The notes under the pieces were generated by a model, which was not told where the DNA came from, searched no databases, and was given only the letters and a program-made list of their open reading frames with translations. A DNA stretch of 64,000 nt, from the NCBI GenBank assembly GCA_012295275.1, contig CM022665.1, positions 33,728,001 to 33,792,000 of the forward strand. Direction: 5' to 3'. The position numbers and the translations under genes were made by a program. Below are positions 1 through 12,753 of the stretch, piece by piece. Numbering within the stretch: position 1 is the stretch's first letter; every line of letters begins with the position of its first letter. Source of the DNA: Chrysomallon squamiferum (taxonomy: Eukaryota > Animalia > Mollusca).

Positions 1-3000
1 GACACATAGCCCATTGAGTGTTGTCAGTACATTTCTTCCCACCTATTATCATAATGCAAAATAACCATCTGTTTGATACTTAATAACCATTACTGTTAAA
101 ATGGCATTAATAAGTGTCTGTATGGGCTATTTTTAATTATGGAAACCAGTGAAATTAATTTGATTACTGAATTGTGTTGTATTTTATGAAATAAATAGTG
201 ATGGAATAATGAAATAAAAATATAACTTTTAAATTGTTTATTTAATACAATTTAAAAGTAATACAAATCAACCATTACTGATCCAGCAGTCATTAATCTG
301 ACAAAAAATTTGGCTATTTTTATATCAAATTTCCTGCACTGCCACACAATATTGTTGCTAATCTTTGATGGCACATCTTGCTGCATAAATGCTGTTGATG
401 TCACTGGCAACATAGCCAAGCCATTCCAGTGTTGTTGTTTTTCCAATTTGTTGTCATAATCTGCTAATTTTTAACCTAACCATGTTTTCAGTGAATAACA
501 AAAATGCTTCTCATTATGTAAAGCACAAACACAATACATTGTCCATAGAAGATAAGATTGACCATGTCAAAAAAAAGTAATAGCAATACTTAGTGGTATT
601 TCATCAATAAGACAAGGTGGTGAATTGTTGAATAAAATGTATTCAAACCTGATTACTCTGTTATGTGGCAAAATCACTAATCCAACATTCTGCAATGATG
701 CCAGATTAATGATGGTCAGTCTGTATTAAACAAATTTACTTATTTAATATTTCTTACTCTGTTTTTTACTTTTGTGTCTTTCTTCTTTTTTTTTTTCTTT
801 TTTTCTTTTAGTTTTTTTTTTTTTTCATGTTTCTTTTCTTGAATCTGGTTATTGCCTCTTTCTGTGTGTTCTGTCTCTCTTTCTCACTCTGTCTCAGTCG
901 CTCTCTCCTTCTTACTCTTCATCTCTCTCTCTCTCCCACACACTTTTTATTTATGTTTTATCAGTAGGTTATATGGCTTCCATCACATTATTACTCACTG
1001 CCATTTGTACAGCAGCAGGTATCAAGGAGAACCAGACTGATACAAGTGTCTAATTTGATCTGTTGCAAGGCCACAAAGTGTACCTTGCATCTTCATTTGC
1101 TACTTGCAGTTGGAACTGCTGACAGAGATAATCTTGTCTTCTCATCAAGTGTTGGCTTTCACCATTCTCCTTTAATATCACACTTGAAGTAAAGAATGCT
1201 TCAGCTATTGATCTCCTGCTATCATTTATTACTAAACAGCAATACATTGGTGAGGATGGTGACAGCTATAACTGGAAGAAGGTTTGTCCATCAGTAATTC
1301 TAATGTTTTCTGCCTGTTCTGCCATCCTTATTTTTTATTATTATTATTATTATTATTTTAAACTGAATAAGGAGAAGGTTTAGTTCACTGACCAGTGAGA
1401 TAGTGCTGAGGTCATGACATCTGTATATGATAGAAAGTTTGTCCCTCAGTCAGTACATTATTTGGTGCCTGTTCTTGCTTATTTTAAAGGACTAATCTGG
1501 AGTCACTAACAGCTGGTGACAGCTCTGATTACTTGAAACTTTGTCCATCAGTAAGCGATATGCATTTTTTGGTTGTTTGTTTTAATTTTTTATTTTAAAT
1601 ATAGACTTTGTATTGGAGGTCACTGGTGGTGGCTTTAATTAGCAGAAATTGTGTCTCTCAGTCATTTAGATGCTAAGATTTTAGTTTTGGTTATTGTTAG
1701 TTAAAGATCTAACACAAAAACAAAAACAACAAAACAAAAAGGAAATAACAGGGTAAAAATAAACAGTTGGTGCTATTATATTTAGCATGAAATGTGTTTG
1801 TTTAAAGGTCATTGTGCTTCCTCTTTTATTGAGTTTTATAACTGATTTTAAAAATTAAATAAATGGCTGTGAATGTTAAGAATAACCAACATCAGAAACA
1901 CTGTTGAATTTGGTGACAGTTTTAATTGGTCCTGTATTTGTATGTCTATCACTGATCAGTGTGACTGATGGACCATCAGTAATTCTGAAGTTTGATGTCT
2001 GTTCTAATTTAACAGTTTCAGAACTTAATTTTTTTTAAATATGTTATATTTTTATTATCATGTTGATGTATTCATTATGAAACATTAAAGAAAAATAATG
2101 ACCCAAATCACTATCAAAACACAAGTGTAAGTGATAAATGTATCTCTGGATCTATGCATAAATTAGTTTTTAATAATTTTCAAAATTTACCAAAACCTCT
2201 GTGCAAAATAATTTTCGGATTTACACAAGATTTTTAGTCAAAATAATTTTTTCATTTTTCTCATGATTCTTAACTACAGTAATATCAGCACAACACCAAA
2301 ATATTCCACTAATTTTGAAGTCCAGCATTTTCTATTCAGTCTGACTGACTGGTGGTGTGATTCAGTGTTAATTAGCAGCAACTGGTGCAGGGTATTGATC
2401 TCAAGACTCACTGAATGAGAAATTAACTTCTTGCTTGTTGATCATTTCTTGGCTTTGTCAAAAGTCTCTGGAACATTGCAAGACTGTGAAAAAAGTGAGA
2501 ATATTTTGCTTAATGAAACAGTTATTAAGTCATGATTTTTTTTTTTTCAAACACACAAGACTGCTGTGTGCCTTATAGATATCCAGATTAATTGTGACCT
2601 TAACTGTTTCTGCTGTGAGTTATGGTTTATGCCTGTATGTGTATGTGTTCATGTGCCTTTTTTTTTCTTCTTGTTTTTTTCTTTTTTTTTCTAGATTATA
2701 TATTGAACATTATGATTTTTATGAAGGAGTTTAGTGAAAGATAAAACAAATTCAAGCTACAAGAAAATGATATATGATAAAATAAATAAAATATATAAAA
2801 AATATGATAAATGAATGAATGGATAGTTAATAATACAAAAAAAAAACAAAAAAAAAACATCAGCTAGTGGTTGTTAACAAAATTATAAAGATGAATATTT
2901 ATAACAGATAAAATAAATGAATGAATATTAAATGTACAAAAAAATTATTAAAAAAAAGTTTGAAATTCTTGTTTCTACTTCAAAGCAGATACAAACTATA

Positions 3001-3600
3001 TCAAGATTACATATTCATCATAAACATTTTTATTAAAAGACAGAATTTCAATACAGAATTTCTTAACTCATTTAATTTGTGAACATAAAAAATTTATAAA
3101 ATACTAAGTACATGAGTTTGTGTGGTTTGTATTTATTTATTTTTAATTTGTATTATTTTATTTCATTTACAGTAATCAATATAACTGTAGTATTAATGTT
3201 ATGATTCAACTGTGATTGTAACAAAAGATTAACTGAGTTTATTTTTCTTATTATCAGTTTTCATTATGTATTTTTTCTATTATTATTATTTCAACACAAT
3301 CACAATGTAAGTATATAAAGAATTGATCATAATCATAATATTAACTGAATTCCCTTATTGATAACTGAATAATCAAACCTAACATAATCACATAGGTAAA
3401 TGTGCACTCAGAGAATAACTGAATTATCATTTAATCAGCTTAGGTCAGTGACAAATGAAGATTATTTCACTAGGGATATAAACATAGTAATTACCAGCAG
3501 CAAGTTTATTATTCACTTTATTATCTGAGCCAAGTTTTATTAACCTGCCTTGATATAAAGATATTACATTTGTTGCACCTTGTGGAACTGTTGATCAAAT

Positions 3601-3800
3601 GGCCTGCAGCTTAGATATTAGAGTATTGGCCTGAGGTGGCCTAGATTATGAGATCGACACTTCTTAGAGCTATTTATATTATGTTTTCAGTGCCCTGTTA
3701 TTGATTTTCAAATTTGATACATGTTTTCCTGAATGAAAAGAATACATATACTAGCTGCTAATTGATAATAGTAGTCTTGCAGTGAAAAAACATTTTTCCT
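3601..3800 (+). mobile_element. SINE-like copy, highly decayed
   Basis: gcagcttagatattagag head, gagatcgac, gctattt, tttcctgaatgaaaagaatacatata..gctgctaattgataatagtagtc follow the same block order as the other copies. Confidence 0.35.
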
Positions 3801-5629
3801 TTTTTGTGTCACAAACATACATTAAGAAATTAAATCAGTAATTTAAAAAAATAATAATTATAATAATAATTATTCATTCATCAGCATGCTTGACCACAAG
3901 ATTCATCATTATAGCATTTGCCAAATGGACCATTCATTTTCTATCAGTCTATGTCAATTTTTTCTTCAAAAACTTGATGACAACCCATAATAACTATCGT
4001 ATTGCATTTCTACTTCTCTACTAGCTTTGTCACTACAGCAGTGGCTCATCACAGTATTCTCCATATCAATTTTTTTCTTTAAAATCTTATTGTCCACACA
4101 TTATAGCAATATCTTATTACATTTCCACTTGACCACTAAGATTATCACAAAGCAGTGGCCAACTGCAGCATTCTCTGTGTCAATCTGTTAGCACCTAATC
4201 TGCCCTGGAGATCAAAAAGTGATGCATGTGATTTTATTTGATTCTGGTATTGATCCATAAACTTTCCAGAGTCTGTGAGATTTAAGTGTATCCCAGGAAA
4301 GAGTTAGATACACTCAGCACCCAATATCATCTTTGCTTTCTGGAGCAGATAATAAAGCTGTGATTATTTTAGATGCTGATAGATGCCAGCAGCTAATTTA
4401 TATTTTCAATTCATCATTTTTGTTTAAATTATTGCCAAGGGAAGCTGTCTGACCATTAAAATAACACTTTGATGCTGATACAAAAGCCAGATAGTGTGAG
4501 AACCTGTTAGTTTCATCAGAACAACCCACCATCAGTGTTATTAATCTGATCATTGAATAAATAGATGTATGAATATTTCATGAGACCATAGCATTTTAAT
4601 ACCAATTGATCTGTATGCTTTCATTTTCATCCTTAATTATAATGGTTATTTGTGATATTTTATGATGTACATTAAAATGACAAATCATTACAAAGAGAAG
4701 CATTGTAAACTAACTTCATTGTCATTTTAATAAAAATGATAATGACAATAAATTTTTAAAAATATTAAACTTTTTATCAAACAATAATTAATGTTAATGT
4801 AAATTATAACATGACTTGAACTGAGTTCTGTATCATGAATGTTTTCATGCAATATATGTTTTATCTTTAATTGTCATCTTTATAGTCCATATCATGATTT
4901 CTCGCAGTGCTCTGTCACAAGGTTATCTGATGACAAGACATGCACAGTGTTTAATACTGTATCAGCATCTAAAGAATATTACTCCATCATATAATATTCA
5001 TTAGAAAAGGAAACATCTCAATAGGTGCACTGTTGAATATTAATCAGAAATTTGTTGTCTGTATTTTAGTTATTCAATGAATGGTAATATCAAAATTGTA
5101 ATTTTTATTTTACTTTATTTTATATTTTTCTTTATTTTTCTCTTCTTTTATTTTTTTTATTATCATTATGATGATGACAATTATTACTACTACTACTATT
5201 GTTGTTGTTGTGGGTTTTTTTGTGTTTGTTTTTTTCTTTGTTCCCCTTAAATCAGTGCTCACAACTGGAAACAGCCATAGAATTTAATTTGTTATCTTTG
5301 GTGATACAACTTGATAATGTTTTTATTAAAATTAACATCATGATAAGACACTTAGACACTTTTAACTATATTTACAGCTGGAATGATACAACTTGCATAA
5401 TGTCAAAACCAGCCTGAAGTTTTTGTTTAAAAACTTTAATGCTTGATAAGCTATCCTTATTAAAGCTTAATGTCAATGTTATCTCAGTAATATGAATTTT
5501 GATGTATTTAAAGATTTTATGTGTGCCTGTGTGTGTGTTTGTGTGTTTATGGTACAACAGTATGAATATTCCAACATTTTTATTAATATATTTATTTATT
5601 TAAGTATAGAGTATGTCTTTTGTACACTA

Positions 5630-6050
5630 AATCAGTAAATTTCAGTCATCATAACCTGGTTCTATCAATTTCAGTGATTATGTTTTTAGTCATTATCTGT
5701 TGGAATGGTCAACTTCAGTAAGCTCTGTATCAGTCATGTACAGTGGATCAGTCAGTTTCAGCAATTATATAATGGATCAAATAACTTCATTCATTATACA
5801 TAGAATCAGTCAGTTTTACTCTTCATGCACTGATTAGTAACTTTCAATCATTAAATATTGGATCAATCACTTTCAGTGGTTATATAATGGATCGTCAACT
5901 TCAGACCTTATAAACTAGATCAGTGAGTTTTAGTAATTGGACACTGGATCAGTCAGTTTTGGTCATGATGCATTTATTAGTAACTTTCAATCATTATAGA
6001 CTGAATCAATCATTTTCTGTCATTAATACATTGGATCAATTTACTGTAAT
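5630..6050. repeat. Old minisatellite, about 29-bp unit (cagtcattatacattggatcagtcagttt-like); related array at about 9230-9440
   Basis: Recurring ggatcagtcagttt and tcattata blocks in both regions. Confidence 0.7.
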
Positions 6051-6896
6051 CTCTTCTTTGTATTTTACAATAATAACAATATGTCATTACTGTTTTCATT
6101 TCAGACTAAATATTAAAACTTGTATGTCAAGATGTTCTTTAAGATCAAAATTCTGTTTTGTTATTTCTCATTTTTCTTAAACCTGCAATTTTTATTCTTT
6201 GATTCTTTAACGTTTGTTTCTGTCAGTTAAGTAGAACTTTACATACTGCGAACCATTAAGACTGATGTTGCTCTAATTGAATTTGATTTCTGCCCAGGAA
6301 TTGACAAAATTAAGTTATCATTTCTTATGAGTTCTGACCACTCAGAATGTGTTTAACATTAAGAGGTGATTATTGTCATCTACATTTAATAGCGGGTTTA
6401 ACTGCTGTTTAACAAGCTTGGGTCATCTGTTGTTTTACTGACTTATGTCATCATACTGTCTGGCAGTTGTTAATGGTTGGTTTAACAGTTGTTTAACAGA
6501 CACAGCTCTTTAAGTTTAATGTTTGTTTATCAGGTACAGATTTGAAAATTTAACTGCCATTTAACAGGCACAGGTCTTTAAGTTCAGAGGTCTATTTGGT
6601 AGGCACAAGTTTTTAATTCCAATGTCTTTTTGGCAGATAGGTCTTTAGGTTCAATATCTGTTTAATAGGCACAAGTTCAAGGTCTGCTTGGTAGGCTCAG
6701 CTTTTCTAATTGCTATTTAACATGGACAGTTTTCTTTTAATCCTGTTTTACAAGCTCAAGTCTTTAACTGCAAGCTTATATCAATAAGTCCTATTTAGGA
6801 GGCCTTACATTTTAGCAGGTCCAGGTTGTTAACTGCTGGTTGACCAGCTCCTGTCTTCAATTGCTGTTTAAAGCAAACCAAGATTTACAACCAGCT

Positions 6897-6933
<37 letters not shown>

Positions 6934-7326
6934 GCTTTTTAGTAGGCTGAAGTCACCTGTGGTTTTGTTGACTTTATTTGTTTTTCTAGTGAAGTTCACT
7001 TCAGCTGATATGTTCTCTGTCATCTGTTGTTTATTGGTCTTGTCATCTGATGTTATACTTGACTTATGATCACATTATGTATGCTATCCACATACCTGTT
7101 ATTGTTCACTAATGCATTCTCTTTACTTGTACATTAAATTTACATGATGTCATGGGTATATGTTATTTTACCGCGTACTTAAATCACTAAAATTTAAATT
7201 ATGCCTGTCATGGATACTTGGTTGAAAGTTTTCTGCAATAAACAAGACTACATGACAATGGAATGTAAGGTCTTTAATTTGACAAGTTAACAGATTATAT
7301 AATACATATATATATATATATATATA

Positions 7327-8596
7327 TGTTACAGTCAATAGGTAAAACCAGTCATTTGGCCTAATGTCTGAAATGTTTAGGCATTTAGTGTAACGCCCAA
7401 GACCATGAGGCATTTGGCCTAATTACTAAAATTTCCAGGAATTAGACCAAACGACTGAAATTTCGAAACACATTCGTTTACTCCAAACTTGAGTGACATC
7501 TTGAATTGCACAGACGACTATGCTTAAAACATTCACAATGTTTTGTTTGACACCTCTTTGTCTCCCCACAGTTGATTCATTTGACACTGCTGCTCTAAGA
7601 GACATTGTACTTTCTCTGTTCAGATTATCCCTGAAGGTAAAATAGCACACCTTAGTAAGTATTTTAATATGCAAGTATATCAAACTAACGTTCTGCTTAG
7701 CAGAATATTAAATTAAAAATCAGTTAACAATAACACTACGTGGTATCAATGCTTACAAGTGCTGATGGTCAGCGTTGACCTCAGATTACCAGCTATTCTT
7801 ACTCGTGATTTAGAGGTAATAGCCTACAGTTTACTTTGATCAGTCTGATTTCAGATTACCAACTATTATGAAATGATGGTTATACTACTTCAATACATAT
7901 ATCTATAATTATATAGTTAAATAGGAATTTATTAGAAAGCCACATCAAACTAGCTTTCAGATACTTAAACATAGCTGTAAAAACTTATAGTTACCTAACT
8001 CAGCTGGATCTATATAAATGCCACATGTCTGTCCTGTATGGTGTACAACTGATCTCTCCCAACCAAAATGTGACATCTGCTTTTATTGCCTTGGAAGGAC
8101 CACATAGGGGGTCTTTTAACATTCCTGTCTCAGGATGGTGCTAAGACTGGTTGGAAGTTTAGTAGACATGCAGCACTGGTGGGTTCCCCAAAACAACACT
8201 TCACCATAGCTTATATAAATTTTAAGGAAATCTAATATCTACTTCATATAAAAGAGGAGACTGTTGTCTCCGTCACACTTAGCTTATCTAATTCTTAAGT
8301 GTTCTCTCTGTCACAGGATACATATAAGTAGAGCAGGATCAGATTAATGAAAATAAAACAAATTCAGTGTTAAAACATTTTGATTAGTTAGATATAATTT
8401 ATGTGCTCTATTATTTTGCATTTTTTATTATTGATATTGTATATCAATAACCTGTAAAGCTTTTGATAATAAAGAATTCCTTCAATGAACAGATGGAAAC
8501 AAAGCATAAAACCCATACGACTCTTTGCCTGAATTGCTATCAGGCAGAATGTCAAACACTAGGCCAAATGTCTAGCTGGAAATATCGACTGTAACA
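7327..8596 (-). mobile_element. Decayed, internally deleted DNA transposon with TGT...ACA termini and KRBA2/SCAND3-like (Ginger-type) integrase remnants
   Basis: Imperfect TIRs of about 50 bp: left tgttacagtcaata..agtcatttggcctaatgtctgaaat; right reverse-complemented tgttacagtcgata..agacatttggcctagtgtttgacat. (TA)n on both flanks. Minus strand gives SLRAAVSNESTVGRQ, a frameshift, then CQTKHCECFKHSRLCNSRCHSSLE* (about 7605-7478). Confidence 0.8.
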
Positions 8597-9870
8597 TATA
8601 TATATATATCTTTATTTGACTCAGTTTTTCCATTTTGTTGTTTTTACTTTGTTTTGATACTCAGTAGCTGATATGTTTTTTTGTGTTGGGTGTCATTAAA
8701 TATTTATTCATTCAAGTCAGTTTTTGGATCTGTTGGCCAGATTAAGTTGTTTTTCACTCTTCATAACTTATGATCTGCAAGTCATCTTATATGAATTACT
8801 TAGTAATTTAGAAATATTTGACAAACAAATTCTTGTGTGTAACATTTGTAGGGTGTTATATCTATGGAAAACAGTTTCAGATCTGTATGTTTATTCATAG
8901 CAAAAGAATGAATAAATTATTAGTTTGATGACCTTACTTTATTAATGGCATTACTGGTAACAGTGAAAATCATTTATACTTGTAACAAACAACAAATGTA
9001 GATCTGTATAGATCATCATATTAATGGTTTTATTGAAACAAATTTACATTAGTAAATTAGTCTGCCTGTTCTGTCTATGTGTTCATTTGAATTTAGCAGG
9101 AATCCTATGGTCAGATAGCCTCTACATTCACTGGTTGCTCTGAAAAAGGTGCAACGTTTTAAAAGATTTTGATTAGCTTTTTCATTACAGATTATTTCAT
9201 AAATTAAATGTTTCTGTTAATATGTGGATATCAGTTATCATATGTTGAATCTGTCAGTTCCAGTTAATGTTATATATTGATAACAGCTATCAGTTACTAT
9301 ATTAGTCTATGAGTATTGGATACACATGAGTGATATTATGTTTATTTATCAGATTAGTCAGTTTTAGTCATATACTGGATCATTTAGTTCCAGTCACTAT
9401 ACATTGAATCAGTCAGTTTCAGTCATTATACTTTGGAGCAATCAAATTAATCAGTATGCATTGTATTCAGCAATACTAATAAGTGTAAACCAAATGACAG
9501 TTCTTTTTTACGTGTCATATACTGTGTTATCGTATGCAGATTATTTTGATGGTCTTTTTGCATTAAATCTGTTTTCTAACCTATGTGTTACTCACCAGAA
9601 AACAACATGCCCAGTTATATTGATTTGCCCACGTCATCATGGATAGTCCTGCACAAATTAGCCCTAATAATGTGATTTTTATGCATATTTTCTGGTAAAT
9701 GTAACTAGAAAGTTGAATACCATAACACAGACTATTTCTGATTTACTTGAGTGGTCTTTGTTAGCTTTTTTCCTTTGCTGAAGAAGTGTTGTGTTCAGTT
9801 AAATGTCAGTTGTCACACAGTATGAATATCTATTCTGTTTATTAATAGACAGTCTTTAATGTGCGCATGC

Positions 9871-9876
<6 letters not shown>

Positions 9877-9919
<43 letters not shown>
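9877..9919. repeat. (CA)n microsatellite, representative of many: (CA)n ~16956-16995 and ~30151-30180; (CT)n ~20759-20791; (TG)n ~25826-25860 and ~33480-33506; (TTA)n ~47790-47828 and ~61671-61710; poly-T 6901-6930; poly-A 33733-33764
   Basis: Directly visible simple repeats. Confidence 0.95.
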
Positions 9920-9923
<4 letters not shown>

Positions 9924-10389
9924 CATGCATGCCTGCATGTACACACAGATAAATATTACTTCAGTTTGTATATAAACCCCAACATTCATATACATGTTTA
10001 ACAATTTTATTCAAGTATATTGCAGTAATGGAAATTAGGTTTTTGTTAAAATATAAATTAAATATTAAAATATGTAAACACACACATACACATGTATATG
10101 GATAAGCAAACAAAACAGCAAATCTATTATTTCCACACAAAGATATCACCTTCATAATTTTCAAGAAACAACAAAATCAACAAATACATATTAAAAGATA
10201 CAGAATATAAATACAGAGACACAGAATGCTACTGTATAACTAAGATTCTACAGATTTAAGTGTTGTATGTGAGATGAATACAAGTTTGTTTCTGAGACTG
10301 GCACACTGCAACTGTCACACAATACTACATTATTTACTCGATGGAATTTCAGTACAATCTGTTGTAAAATTGGTGAGTATCTGATACAG

Positions 10390-10875
10390 TCATCATCATC
10401 AGCATTATATTCTTCATCATCTCATTTATATTCTTGATCATCAAATCATTATATTCTTCATTACTGTATTTATACCCTTGCTAATTAAATCATTTATACT
10501 CATGATCATCACATCATTTATATTCTTGACCATCAAATCCTTTATATTCTTGATAATTTAATCATATACATTGTTGATTATATCATTTATATCTTAATCA
10601 CCAGATCATCATATATATATTTTTGATCATCACATCATTTATTTTCTCGATCATCTCATTTTTTATACTGTTCAACATCTCATCATTTATATTCTTAATC
10701 ACCACATTTATAGTCTTGATAAAGGCAATTTTAGTCTTCATTATTGTGTTATTTAACTCTTGATAATTAAACTTTATACACATGATCATAATATTATTTA
10801 TATTCTTGATCATTTCATCCAATATATATTTTTTATCATCACCATTTACACTCTTGATCATCAAATATTTTATAC
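10390..10875. repeat. Old minisatellite, about 24-bp unit (catcatttatattcttgatcatca-like)
   Basis: Many periodic tttatattctt(g/c)atcatc blocks; explains the I/K/N/M-rich ORF 10598..10915. Confidence 0.8.
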
Positions 10876-12663
10876 TGTTATTAGCTGTAGTAGTATGGTG
10901 ACTTGTGTTAAACACAGTTTTCAGCCAACCATTTCCGTTTTATTACTTTCTCTTGTTCCGGCCTTACTTTTACATTTATTCATAGAACTCTAGAATTTTC
11001 TCTAGACAGACTGGTTACATAGTTGTTGTTTTTCTTTTGTTGTTGTGCTTTTTTATTTTTATGATCTGTATATATGCATATGGACAAGTATGTTACTATG
11101 TGCATGTATGTGTGTGTGTACATACGTGTTTAAATGTTTGTGCACTAATGTTAGTGAGAACATATACAAGAAAACACAGATGTATACATGTCTGTTCATG
11201 TACATGTATGTGTGTATCAGTAGCATTAGTTATTTAACACTGGAAGAAACATTTATCTCTTTCTGTTTAAAACCCCCCCACAAATTAGTGAGAAAATGCT
11301 TTATATTTTGCTGGTTGCGAAAATAGAACTAAAAGTTAGCCTAATGGGAATTTCAGTTATAAAATGTGTGAAACAGCTGTCACTGTCATATTTTTTATTG
11401 GCAAAATACAACTAAGTTATTATAATTTTTACTTCTTAATTTTGTAAATATATATATATCTTATTATTATTTTTTTTTTTAATGAGAAAAGTATATTTTT
11501 ATTCCTACTTGAGTAACAGAAAACACAGAAGATAAAGCACAGTAAGACTAGTTTAAGATGAGCAGATTTCCATGTATCAGAATATTTCATCAGTTCTGGT
11601 ATCAGATATAAATTTGCAGTTATGATGTACTGTATGAAGTGATTTTCGCCACTGTTTATAGAAACAGAAAAATATTGGCTAGATAGTTTATTTCTATTAT
11701 GAATGAATTCTTATTAATTATTTCAAAACTGTTATTTATCAAAATTGTAAAATTAAAAAATACCTTGACAATATATATTCACTTGATGTGTAAAATAGTT
11801 AATTTTATTATTTATTTATTACTGTGATTATTTTTATTGTTATGTCTTATTTTGTTTTTAGCCATAACTTTAAAAGATGTTTATACAAAAAGCTCTTCTA
11901 TAAAATACTTTTTTGTCACTTTTGAAGCTTTCTGGCCAAGCTGCATCGTGTTCTTTTTTTATGTGCTTCATTTAACAGATTTGAAAAGATGTTTATACAA
12001 AAAGCTTATGTATAAAATTATCTTCATTATCTATCATTACACTTGAAGTTTCTCTGGCCAAACTGCAACAATTTTTTCTTGTATATGGTTCATAAAAACA
12101 AAGCCATCATGAAGTCTGGAAAGAGAAAATGTCTTTATTCAAAACAAAGAGTCAGTGAAACATTTACACAGCTCTTGACATATACCTCTTGTTTAGATAA
12201 TAAATTTATAAAACAATTAATGTAGAACACGCACATGGCATTGTTTACATGACTGTTGGTGGGAGACTGCTAAAACGAAAAGTACTAGTCTCTCTGCTGC
12301 AACTAAAACTTTTATGTCACTATTTCTGTTATCAGTACTATCATGAGTTGTTATTTTTGTTATTGTTATTATTAGTGTTATTTGTTATTATTGTTGTTGT
12401 AACTTATTTAATTTTCTAAAATGCTTTTTTATTAATAGTTTTATAATATTATTTTGTTTAAATATAAATTTCTTTTTATGTAGTTACCTCTGTTTATCCA
12501 TCTATCTATCTATCTAATTGATCTATCTAGCAATCTGTATATCTATCTTTGTAGTTATCTTTATGGAAACACATTTTTTTATATAATGAAAAACACTAGT
12601 GAAGAAAAAAAAATCTGTTATAATTCTGGATGATATATGCTCTACATTTAACAATATATATAT

Positions 12664-12753
12664 ACTTTCAACACTCTTTTTAGCAAAATTAAACATCAGG
12701 TGTATATATATATATACCTGATGTTTAATTTTGCTAAAAAGAGTGTTGAAAGT
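12664..12753. repeat. Perfect inverted repeat, 38-bp arms around a (TA)n spacer
   Basis: actttcaacactctttttagcaaaattaaacatcaggt / acctgatgtttaattttgctaaaaagagtgttgaaagt. Confidence 0.97.

Noticed and set aside
10598-10993. 105-aa and 77-aa ORFs
   Set aside because: Products of the decayed 24-bp minisatellite
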